Shown in pieces: positions 53,699-64,000 of a DNA stretch of 64,000 nucleotides; the stretch's first letter is position 1, and every line of letters begins with the position of its first letter. A program made the translations under genes and the position numbers. The DNA comes from Octopus sinensis (lineage: Eukaryota), in assembly GCF_006345805.1 (NCBI RefSeq), contig NC_043024.1:10540001-10604000 (forward strand), written 5' to 3'. The notes beneath the pieces are model-generated. The model had not been told where the DNA came from, ran no database searches, and saw only the letters and a list, made by a program, of their open reading frames with translations.

Positions 53699-53890
53699 AT
53701 GTGTGTCTCAGCGACTCTCTTTGCTTCTCTATTGTTATCCGTGTGTGCGCTATCAGTGTCATCTCTCACCACCGATTCCCCTGAATTCACAGACACATTC
53801 AGCTCTCTATATACGACAAACCTCAAAGAATTCAATGACTTTCCCATTTATTTCGATCAGAAAATTCCGGAATGGTTAAAAGGAAATCTG
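53699..53890 (+). CDS. Carotenoid cleavage oxygenase (BCO/RPE65/NinaB superfamily) coding exon 1 of 2; CDS join(53699..53890,54363..55763), 530 aa
   Basis: Acceptor tttctcag ends at 53685, ATG at 53699. Encodes hydrophobic [22 protein letters not shown], then ...[10 protein letters not shown] (family motif IPxWLxG). Phase-0 donor CTG|gtcagt joins in frame to IRNG. Confidence 0.88.
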
Positions 53891-53908
53891 GTCAGTATCT
53901 ATATTTAA

Positions 53909-54039
<131 letters not shown>

Positions 54040-54362
54040 AGTCAGTCTATCCGTGTGTGTATGTGTGAATGCATCTGTGTGTTTGTATCCCTTCTCCATT
54101 TGACAACCGGCGTTGCCTTATTTATGTCCCTGTAACTTAGCACTACTGCCAAAGTGACCGACAAAATAAGTACTACACCTCCTCCTCCTTTTTTTTAAAA
54201 AAAAGTGCTGATGTTAATTTGTTCGACTGGACCCTTTAAGGCGGCGCTCCAGCATGGCCGCAGTCCAATGACTGAAGCAAATAAAAGATACAAGATTAAA
54301 TATGAAATATATTCCTGCCATTTCTCTCACCTAAATATTTCGTTTTACTTCATTCATTGCAG

Positions 54363-55763
54363 ATACGAAATGGTTTTGGTCAGTTTGAAAACGGCAAAAG
54401 GCATTTTCTCCACATGTTCGATTCATTTGCCAAACTGTCGAGCTGGAAGATAACCGGAAACAACACAGCTCTTTTTTCAACGAAGTTTGTAAAGAGTTCT
54501 ACTTACAATCAAAGCATGGCCACAGACGACATTGCTCCGTATCTCACGTTTATCGGCGTCGAACCACCTTTTAGTCGATGGAAGCAATTTAAGTCTATCA
54601 TAAATGGTTTGGATAACATGAACGTCAACGTCTATTCTTATCACAAAACGGCTAAAGCAAACGGTCAAGATGGCAAGGGTTGTTTTGCACTTACAGATTA
54701 TTGGAAAATGTATGAATTCAACTGTACTACTTTACAGACCATTTCTGCATTCGAGGCGCCAGTTCCTCAGAAGTCATCACTTGGTTTCTTAAACCTCATA
54801 TCCACGGCCCACCCTCTGCCCGAATTTGGCACAAATAACTCTTTGTTATTCCTATCGACGTTGAGCTTGGTTCCTTGGGTGAAAAGTTCAGTGAAGTTTA
54901 TTCGGATTCATACAGCAGAGAAGCGAGAAGTCATTGCTAGTGTACCCGTTGACCAAATACCCTACATGCATTCTTTTTCTACGACCGAGCATTATGGGAT
55001 ATTGTTCTGCCATCCGATGTATTTGAACATTCCTAAATTTCTCAAAGAAATGCACCCGTTCGATGGTATGGACTGGTACGGGGACAGACCGATTGATGTT
55101 AACATAATCAACTTGAAGACGGGCGAGATTATAAAAATGAAAACAGAAAACAGCTTTGTCATGCACCACGCAAATGCCTACGAGGATGAAGATGGAAATA
55201 TCATTGTAGACGCAGTCGGTTACGATGATCCGTTATTTGTAAAATCTATGTTAGTAGAGAATATGGTGAATCCAGCCAAACGAAAAAATATCCCGTTTTC
55301 AGCCCAGATCAGACGATATATTTTCAACGTTCAAAACAAGACAAGCAAAGTTCATACATTTTCCAGACCTTCGAACGAAACATTTCTCACTCGGTTCGAT
55401 TTTCCGACGATTAACGAAAATTACCGAAGTAAACCTTACTGTTTTCTGTACGGCGTGGCATTAAGGGCAATAGATAATAATTTAACAAGTATAGCTTTAA
55501 TCAAGAAGGATGTCTGCGAAAAAGGAAGAAACAAATACTATTACAAGACCGGTGTGTACGTGAGCGAAGCCATTTTCGTTCCGACACCAAATGCGGAAGA
55601 AGAGGACGATGGCGTTTTGCTACTTCCGGCGGCAGACGCATCAACAAATAAACATTATCTTTATGTAATAGATGCAAAAACCATGACCTTGATAAGTCAA
55701 GCGGCACTTCCTACGACAGTCCCTTACACATTACATGGCCATTTCATTCCCGAAAAACTGTAA
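54363..55763 (+). CDS. Carotenoid cleavage oxygenase coding exon 2 (1401 nt, nearly the whole beta-propeller)
   Basis: Reads directly on the + strand (ttgcag|ATACGAAATGGT ... AAACTG TAA at 55761-55763), although the track says minus. Four Fe-ligand His motifs: TAHP, YMHSF, MHHANAYED, LHGHF. Also RNG, HMFD, DNMNVNV, DFPTIN, SEAIFVP and EDDG. Confidence 0.95.
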   Translation: MRNGFGQFENGKRHFLHMFDSFAKLSSWKITGNNTALFSTKFVKSSTYNQSMATDDIAPYLTFIGVEPPFSRWKQFKSIINGLDNMNVNVYSYHKTAKANGQDGKGCFALTDYWKMYEFNCTTLQTISAFEAPVPQKSSLGFLNLISTAHPLPEFGTNNSLLFLSTLSLVPWVKSSVKFIRIHTAEKREVIASVPVDQIPYMHSFSTTEHYGILFCHPMYLNIPKFLKEMHPFDGMDWYGDRPIDVNIINLKTGEIIKMKTENSFVMHHANAYEDEDGNIIVDAVGYDDPLFVKSMLVENMVNPAKRKNIPFSAQIRRYIFNVQNKTSKVHTFSRPSNETFLTRFDFPTINENYRSKPYCFLYGVALRAIDNNLTSIALIKKDVCEKGRNKYYYKTGVYVSEAIFVPTPNAEEEDDGVLLLPAADASTNKHYLYVIDAKTMTLISQAALPTTVPYTLHGHFIPEKL

Positions 55764-55889
55764 ATCGTGGAAATATATTCATAACAAACATGGCAGCGAC
55801 GCATAAAAGCATAAGCACTTTAATCTTATTATTTGCTCAATAGTTCACCTCACTTTCACTTAGATTTATCTAGAGAAGATTAAACGCCT

Positions 55890-55921
<32 letters not shown>

Positions 55922-56276
55922 CACACACATACACACACGCACACACACACACACACGCACGCACGCACACATATACTACAAAGATATACTTTTAGACTAC
56001 ATCTGCTCTGCAACCACTTTGACCTACTCACAAGATGAGCCGAAAAATATACAAGCAGCTTGGAAAATTCCCACAAACTTTATAGTCCGACGAAGGCAAC
56101 TTAGCCGAATCTTTAAACTCACTGTCAACGATTAACACTTGTTAAAATAAAATATATATGATACTATAATTAAATGTCTTGCGTGATTCTTCAGTCAATG
56201 CTTGCTACTTTTTTTTTAGATATAATAATACATGAAAGCCAATCTAAAGAGTATGTGTGTGCGTGTGTGTTGTTTG

Positions 56277-56333
<57 letters not shown>

Positions 56334-56418
56334 GTGTGTTGTTTGTATGTGTGTTGATTTGTGTGTGTGTGCATTTGGCGATACAAATCTGAGAAATAAT
56401 ACTCAGTACATGAACATA

Positions 56419-56500
<82 letters not shown>

Positions 56501-56809
56501 ACGGAGATGTACTTGCATAGCGACTGACTTGATCTGAGATCGTGTGCTGAAACGAAAACAATTAAAGCGTGGAACACACAAAAACCGTTAGATTCACTTC
56601 AACATTTAAATTTATATATATATATAAGTAGATAAATGAATTATCTTATTACGGATAATTCGAAAGATAAGGTGTGGCTGTGTGGTAGCAAGCTTGGTTC
56701 CCAATCACATGGATCCGAGATCAGTCTCACTGCGTGGCACCCTAGGCAAGTGTCTTCTACCGATACCTGGGTAGCAAACTCACAACTCACAACGTTCAGC
56801 TCCATTCTT

Positions 56810-56845
<36 letters not shown>

Positions 56846-57031
56846 CCTACGATGCTTGTTACATGGAATGAGATGAATGAAAATTTACCTAAAAAATAAC
56901 AAAGTGAAACAGCTGTAAATGTTATTTTAACTACAATTAAAAATGACCTTTTAATACCAATGACCAACTTCTAATTGTTAATTGTTGCTCCGTTTCTTTT
57001 CTTATCTGAATATACATATATATATATATAG

Positions 57032-57068
<37 letters not shown>

Positions 57069-57126
57069 AAGCAATAGTAAATCTTAGAGCGAGTTATAAA
57101 CAGTAGCTGCAACACATCGTGACGTA

Positions 57127-57319
57127 TATTTGCCATTTAAATATGGCTAACCCCTAAGGGTGGATGCTACTGTAGTTTGTAGCCCCAGGAGGACACCTCC
57201 TCCACCTCTGATAGGGCACAGAACGTGTGTCTATAGCCAGCTGGAGGAGGTGTCCTCCTGGGGCTACAAACTACAGTAGCATCCACCCTTAGCGGTTAGC
57301 CATATTTAAATGGCAAATA
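57127..57319. repeat. Near-perfect inverted repeat: 78-bp arms (1 mismatch), 37-bp spacer
   Basis: Arm 57127-57204 is the reverse complement of 57242-57319 except cc(c/g)cta. Confidence 0.95.
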
Positions 57320-57331
57320 CACATACATACA

Positions 57332-57424
<93 letters not shown>

Positions 57425-58699
57425 ATATATATATGCACACCACGCACACGCTCACACACAGACAGACAAACACACACACGCTTTCATCGTGATGTAGGTG
57501 ATTCAAGGGCCGAGAGTTTGATGCATAGCACTCATGAAACACACAGACAGATATTTATCGATATGCAAGCTTAGATAGATAGGTAGGTAGGTAGATAGAC
57601 AGTAGAAGACACTAGGGTGCCACGCACTGAGACTGATCTCGGAGCCATGGGATTGGGAACCAAGCTTGTTACCACACAGCCACACCTTAGATGTATTTAT
57701 TGCAAGAAACGACCCTGAACGTTGTTCTTTTCCACTCTAGGCATAGGTTCCGAAATTTTTTGGGAGGGAGCCAGCCGATTAGATCAACCCCAGTGCGTAA
57801 CTGGTACTTATTTAATCGACCCCAAAAGGATGAAAGGCAAGATCGACCTTGGCGGAATTTGAGCTCAGAACCTAGCGGCAGACGAAATACCTATTTCTTT
57901 ACTACCCACAAGGGGCTAAACACAGAGGGGACAAACAAGGACAGACAAACGGATTAAGTCGATTACATCGACCCCAGTGCGTAACTGGTACTTATTTAAT
58001 CGACCCCGAAAGGATGAAAGGCAAAGTCGACCTCAGCGGAATTTGAACTCAGAACGTAACGGCGGACGAAATACCGCTAAGCATTTCGCCCAGCGTGCTA
58101 ACGTTTCTGCCCACTCCTCGCTTTACGTTTTACGTAGTTTAAAAGTTTTCCGGTCCCTGAAACGTGTCCAAATGAACGTGTGAAAAACGAAAAAGGAATT
58201 TTGAAAGAAGCCTTGTTTTAAAACGGGGTTTAAAACATCAAGTAGCTATGGGTGTCCACCAGAATGAAACAGTAATCAAAAGGATCCATTGGTAAAAAAA
58301 TTTGAGAACCTCTGTCCGAGCTGGTTATCCCATTTGCTAGAAATAGCAGCCATATCACCCTGCAGCGACCATAAAGAAGGCCGTAAGGTGAGGGAAGTGA
58401 TGTTTCCATCATTCGTCTGTCAGATCAGAGCTAATGTGGTGGTCAAACAGTCCTTTCTTCTATAGGCACAATGCTTGAAATTTTGAGGGGAGGGGTTTAG
58501 TAGATTTCAGTGTTAAACTGGTATCTTATTTTATCGATCTCTATTGATGAAAGGCAATGTTCAACTTCATCAATATTCAATGGCATCCTCGAGTTGTGTC
58601 CCTTGAATAGTGTCATAAAGAGTATATATTGATTATCTCCCCTGGACGCTAGAACCCGGAGAATATTACGAAGGAAATTGCGATTTGAATATAAGTTTA

Positions 58700-58739
58700 C
58701 GAAGCTGTGTGTGTGTGGTGTGTGTGTGTGTGTGTGTGG

Positions 58740-58789
<50 letters not shown>

Positions 58790-59118
58790 TGTATGTGCAT
58801 GCGTGCGCCTGTTTGCGTGCACTTGTGTGTGCGTACATACATACATACGCATACACGTATACACACATATACATAGACACATACTTAAATACTTACATAC
58901 ATGCATATATATACTAATATGCACACACACATATATACTTATATACATACATTCGTGCATACATACATACATACATACATACATACATACACACATACAT
59001 ACGTACATACATACATACATACATACATACATACATACATAAATACATACATACATACATACATATATACATACATACACACATACATACATACACACAC
59101 ACACATACATACATTCAC

Positions 59119-59149
<31 letters not shown>

Positions 59150-59165
59150 CACACACACACACACA
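58700..59165. repeat. Compound (TG)n/(ATAC)n microsatellite; similar tracts near 28205-28540, 37670-37885, 50160-50520, 53909-54045, 56250-56500 and 57325-57480
   Basis: Direct reading. Confidence 0.9.
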
Positions 59166-59685
59166 CGTTGGCTTTCAAAGAGTACTTATGAAAATCTAAA
59201 CAGCATCAAGGGCGCATGCGCACATTCATTAACCCCCCCCTCCCGCACACAAGAAAGAAAGTCGAGAAGTGAGAAGTCATTGGCAGCGTCTGGAGGAAGA
59301 GGTGCACCGTGATATCATTACTGTTTATGCCGTCTTTTAAACGTTCTGAGTTCAAATCCCGCCGAGGTCGACTTTGCCTTTCATCCTTTCGGGAAGGATA
59401 AACTACGTACCAGTTGCGTACTAGGGTCGATCTAATCGGTTGGTCCCCGCCCGTCAAAATTTCGGGCCTTGTGCACTTTATCTCGCACTGCCATGACCAA
59501 GGTGTTGTATTATCAAGGGTATTCCAACCATGGCAATCTTGTTGGTTTTTAAAATTAGAGAGGCGTTTGCTGATGGTCGCGGTATGTAATGTAAGGGAGA
59601 TAAATCTGGTATAGAAAATTTTGAATTGTCTCCCTTAGAAACATTTTATTTATTTATTTATTTATTTTTTTATTTAATTAATTAT

Positions 59686-60069
59686 TTACTCTTTTACTTG
59701 TTTCAGTCATTTGACTGCGGCCATGCTGGAGCACCGGCTTTAGTTGAACGGATCGACCCCAGGACTTATTCTTTGGAAGCCCAGTACTTATTCTATCGGT
59801 GTCTTTTGCCGAACCGCTATGTTACAGGGACATAAACACACCAACATTGGTTGTTAAGCGATGGTGGGGGGGGGGACAAACACAAGCGCACACACACTCA
59901 TATGTATACGACGGGCTTCTTTCAGTTTCCGTCTACCAAATCCAGTCACAAGGCTTTGGTCAGCCCGAGGCTATAGTAGAAGACACTTGCCCAAGGTGCC
60001 ACGCAGTGGGACTGAACCCGGAACCATGTGGTTGGTTAGCAAGCTTCTTACCACACAGCCACTCCTGCG
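59686..60069 (-). mobile_element. tRNA-headed composite SINE (family B head with accttgggcaagtg core, microsatellite linker, family C tail)
   Basis: Complete example. Similar copies near 13860-14275, 15915-16545(-), 19262, 19840-20420, 23335-23695, 25130-25405, 26625, 36420-37375, 39915-40205 and 62600. Confidence 0.8.
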
Positions 60070-60499
60070 CCTTTATTTATTTACTTCCATGTGACTTTTT
60101 CCGTGATCGATTGTTTTATATGAAAATAGTTGGAAAATTCCCCCCCCCCATACACTGATTATACGGATTTTAAAAAAGCAAAAAAACAAAAATACAAAAA
60201 TAGTTCTTAGAAAATATTTTGATTGAAAAAGTAAATGGAGATGGTCACTATAGGAATGACTCTGATCATACTTGTTTCATGGTTAAACAATAAGGTAAAG
60301 AATAGAAGCGGCAACAACCATCACGGCTGCTCCCTACCCCCACCGTTGCCACCACCATCACCCCCATCAGCACCACCGTTGCCACGACGACGACGACGAC
60401 GACCACCACCACCACCAGCACCAATAATAATTGTATGATAGAGGTGTCGGCGGCGGATGGGTGGTACTTATCTCTTCACCTCCGTCGCCAGTATTTGTG

Positions 60500-61480
60500 T
60501 TTCTTCCCGCCCCCCATTTTTCTTACTTATGGACTCCTTTGATTACTATTTTGCTTGGACGGACCACCGGAATCCTTTGATGTTTAAAAAAAGCCAATTA
60601 TATTTTCATAATTAGATATTTTTAGGAATTGGATAAAAAGGAATTGGATTAAAATATTTTGTGTATTGGAGAAATATAGACAATTCATTGTTGATGAATT
60701 TTAACAATAAAATGATATACGGACTTCCGAAGGCCATATAGGTCCCCGGGGGTCAAGTGGATCCCCGACGGCCATGTGGATCCCCGAGGGCCATGTGGAT
60801 CCCCGAGGGCTATGTGGATCCTCGAAGGCCATGTGGATACCCGAGGACCATGTGGATTTTCAAGTCCATGTAGATTCTCGAGGGCCATGTAGATCCCCGA
60901 GGACCATGTGGATCCGCGAGGGTCATGTGGATCTCCGAGGGCCATGTGGATCCCGGAGAGCCATATGGATCTCCGAGGGTCATGTGGATTCCCGAGAGCC
61001 ATGTGGATCTTCGAGGGCCACATGGATCTCCAAGGGCCATGTCGATCCTTGAGGGCCATGTGGATTTCCGAGGGTCATGTGGATTCCAGACGGCCATGTG
61101 AACCTTCGAGGGCTATATGGATCTCCGAGAGTATGTGTATCCCCGAGGGCCATGTGGATCTCCGAGGGCCATGTGGATCCCCGAGGGCCATGTGGATCTT
61201 CGAGGGCCACATGGATCTCCAAGGGCCATGTCGATCCTTGAGGGCCATGTGGATTTCCGAGGGTCATGTGGATTCCAGAGGGCCATGTGGACCTTCGAGG
61301 GCTATATGGATCTCCGAGGGTATGTGTATTCCCGAGGGCCATGTGGATCTCCGAGGGTGATGTGGATTCCCGAGGGCCATGTGGATCTTCGGGGGCCACA
61401 TGGATCTCCAAGGGCCATGTCGATCCTTGAGGGCCATGTGGATTTCCGAGGGCCATACGGACCATGGTTGAGAACCACTG
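60500..61480. mobile_element. hAT-type MITE related to 14410-14633, carrying an internal 19-bp minisatellite
   Basis: Right TIR GGTTGAGAACCACTG ends at 61480; 60500-60720 resembles the body of the 14.4-kb MITE; left TIR not recognisable. Confidence 0.55.
60730..61460. repeat. 19-bp minisatellite (gagggccatgtggatc(t/c)cc), ~38 units, with a 189-bp higher-order repeat
   Basis: Monomer starts at 61145, 61164, 61183 and 61202; the variant ccacatgg recurs at 61021, 61210 and 61399. Confidence 0.92.
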
Positions 61481-62703
61481 GTCTCACTGGTGATCTCTCT
61501 TATCGCCAGTCTACATTCCGCAAATAAAAATTAAAGAAAAAGGGGAAGCCGAGCTAGACGTGATTTGAACCCGGAAAGTACAGGATTTCCAACAGCACGC
61601 TACCATTGTCTAAGGAGCAATTGTGATAATTCTTCTAATTTCGAAGCAAAGCCTGCATTTTTCTGTGGAGAGTCGTTGTTCGATTTCACCAACTCCAGTA
61701 ATTCACTGGTGCTTATTTTATCAACACTGAAAAAAAAAAAAAAGAAAATGAAAGGCATTGTTGACCTCAACAGAATTTGAACTCAGAATGCAAAGAACCA
61801 GAAGAAATGCCACTAAGCATTTTGTTCGATGCACTAACGATTCTATTTCAAGACAGTAAGTTCATAATTCTTTCTTATTTATGGCACGAGAAGACTGTGT
61901 CTATTTTGAATAAAGAACAAGAGTGGGTTGACAGCTCATGGCTAGGTATGATCGTAAATATTATTATAGGTATCCCTTTTACTTAGGAGAAAGGATATAC
62001 GACATTATGAACAGCCAATTTGATAGAAGTAACTATCTATAAAAAAGAGGCAGGTTAAATCATGATGTTAATTATCAGTTAAAGGGGCAAGACAAGAAGA
62101 AACTTAAGATGCTGATACAAGGAAAACTTATTAGAGGCACGACGGGGGAACGTTTATAAACAATATTGTTTTGTTGTATAAAAATAAAATTTAAGAATTC
62201 CAAAATGATATCATAACCGAAATAGCCAAAAGGTGAGTATGTTTCAATTATAAACTTTAAAAAGGAAGATTATGTAGATTCAGTTTAATAGCCATTTTTG
62301 TGCTTAATTAACTAATCATTTGGTAGTTTCTATAAAGACTGCTCAAGGCACTGGCATATGGAGTGTCTGGAAAGATATACTTACTATCTTTTAATTTTAT
62401 TAATTTTAAGCCGCGAATCAGAAGCGGGGTGTTGAGATAATGGTAATACACAGACATATTTAAGCAAAAATTATAAAATCTAAAGTAAAAAATACAAATA
62501 CTCGAAAAATATGCGCTGATATAATTATATGTAAGGTGTAAAATAATGACTAGAGATACATATAAAAAGAGGGTCTTTATATTCTCTTTTATTTTTTTTT
62601 TCTCTTTTACTTGTTTCAGTCATTTGACTGCGGCCATGCTGGAGCACCGCCTTTAATCGAGCAACTCGACCCCAGGACTTATTCTTTTGTAAGCCTAGTA
62701 CAT

Positions 62704-64000
62704 GTTAGTTAGTTAGTTAGTTAATTTGGCTCAAAAGCAAATAGCAAGGCCATGTAGGAGGACATGGAGTTAAGTACAGGGTGGCGCTCATGTAAAGAGT
62801 TCAGGCCACTTGAGGTCAAGGGAGGCTTTGAACAAAGCGGTCGTCGGCATCTTCCCCATCTCGTCTGGCAGCTTGTTCCACCTCGTCTGGCAGCTTGTTC
62901 CATCTCGTCTGGCAGCTCTCCTTCGATTGAGATGAAATCGTCGCAGGTAGAGCTTTTCGGAATGACCCCGCAGCCGACGCTCCGGAGCAGGAGTGAAGAA
63001 CAGCTCTTTCGAGAGGTTACACTTCCCGCTTATGATGTTGTGGGCGAGAATGAGATCACCACGGCGGCGGCGTTTTTCAAGAGAATAAAGGTCGAGCGTC
63101 CTCAGCCTTTCTTCGTAGGACAAATTTTTTAGACCATGAACCAGGCGGGTAGCCAGTCTCTGGACTCTTTCGAGGTGCTGTATGTCTTTGAGGAGATAAG
63201 GAGAAGAGGCTTGAATCCCATACTCCAATATGGGTCTCACCAGCGTGACATAGAGTGGCAGGAATATGGCTGCTGTGAGCACTCCGAATGACCGTCGAAT
63301 CAAAAACAGAATTCCGCGCGCTTTGTTGGCAGCATGGACGCACTGGGCCGAAGGCGAAAAGGAGGAATCCACCAAGATACCCAGGTCCTTTACCTGATCG
63401 GTCCTCTCCAGCAGCAGACGACCCGGCTCGAAATCAAGTTGAGTTGTAGGAGTAGAGCCAACAGGCAGATGACAGCACTTTGACACGTTCAGACACAGGT
63501 CCCAATCGTTAGACCACTTCCAAATTTGGTGGAGGCATCGACGAAGATCCTCTATACTACCGCGAGGAGCGACCAGTTTGATATCGTCGGCAAATAGAAG
63601 GGTGTGTTGCGTGAGGTCGTCGGGCAAGTCATTTATGAAGACGACAACAAGGGCCCAAGCACTGAACCTTGAGGCACGCCACTGCTCGCACTGGAGACGT
63701 CGGACCGCGAACCATTAACTTGAACTTGGAAGGAGCGATCTGAGAGGAAGGCACCAACCCATCGTACAATATCCGGATGGAAACTATATGCTTGAAGCTT
63801 GACAAGTAGTAGGCGGTGGTTTACCGAGTCAAAAGCTTTGGCAAAGTCCAATAAAACGATGTCAACAGCATCACTATCATCGAGGATGCGCGTCACTAAT
63901 TCTTCCATTACTAGTAAGTTGGTCAAGCATGATCTCTTCGGCACGAAGCCGTGTTGGGAATCATGATCGAGGCTGTGCTTAGGAGGTGGAGCATCATACT
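62704..64000 (-). mobile_element. CR1-clade LINE ORF2 (RT and C-terminus), 3' UTR and (CTAA)n tail; runs off the window end; 1-nt frameshift near 63645
   Basis: SCLTNLL, LDFAKAFDSV, SGVPQGSVLGPLL, FADDIKL, VRPILEY, LERVQRLATR, RRRGDLI; tail gttagttagttagttag at 62704-62720. Confidence 0.93.

Noticed and set aside
54357-55763. ORF track labels the 468-aa ORF as minus strand with start MQIRNG
   Set aside because: The codons read on the + strand (TTG CAG ATA CGA AAT... to TAA at 55761-55763). The TTGCAG start is the splice acceptor, so this is + strand exon 2 of the CCO.
56085-56115. Hammerhead-like motif ccgacga-aggc...gcc-gaat (similar near 46970)
   Set aside because: Core nucleotides deviate from CUGANGA/GAAA and no stems I or III were found; at most a decayed Penelope-like end.
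60730-61460. CRISPR-like appearance of regular repeats (also the MITE arrays with spacers)
   Set aside because: No unique spacers, eukaryotic context and no cas genes.
60685-61527. Repetitive ORFs on both strands (PxGPxGSTW / GPCGS)
   Set aside because: Translations of the 19-bp minisatellite; open in several frames and not collagen-like (no Gly-X-Y register).
61550-61625. tRNA-like sequence on the minus strand (tggtagcg ... ggttcaaatc)
   Set aside because: No acceptor or anticodon stem pairing; it is a degenerate SINE head, as are the other A/B-box motifs in the window.

Overview
AT-rich, intron-containing animal genomic DNA that is dense in microsatellites and repeats. The SINE, LINE and MITE families look like those of octopus or another coleoid cephalopod; this is inferred from repeat content and was not searched. 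Two protein-coding genes can be rebuilt by hand from GT-AG splice sites, both on the + strand. (1) A 7-coding-exon, 407-aa NADP(H)-type short-chain dehydrogenase/reductase of the retinol dehydrogenase-like (RDH11-14/WWOX/POR-like) group at 15710-27555, with a ~94-aa Glu/Lys-rich tail. (2) A 2-coding-exon, 530-aa carotenoid cleavage oxygenase (BCO/RPE65/NinaB superfamily) at 53699-55763. It keeps all four iron-binding His but, unusually, starts with a signal-peptide-like N-terminus and has 7 N-glycosylation sequons. The supplied ORF track labels its main exon (54357-55763) as minus strand, but it reads on the + strand. The rest is tRNA-derived SINEs, two piggyBac-type MITE families forming multimers, hAT MITEs, a non-autonomous Helitron, R4/Dong-clade LINEs sitting in (TAA)n tracts, CR1, RTE and L1/Tx1 remnants, a 78-bp-arm hairpin and several mini/microsatellites. 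The best candidate for new biology is an apparently secreted carotenoid oxygenase next to a retinoid-type reductase. Exon coordinates were counted by hand; repeat boundaries are approximate.
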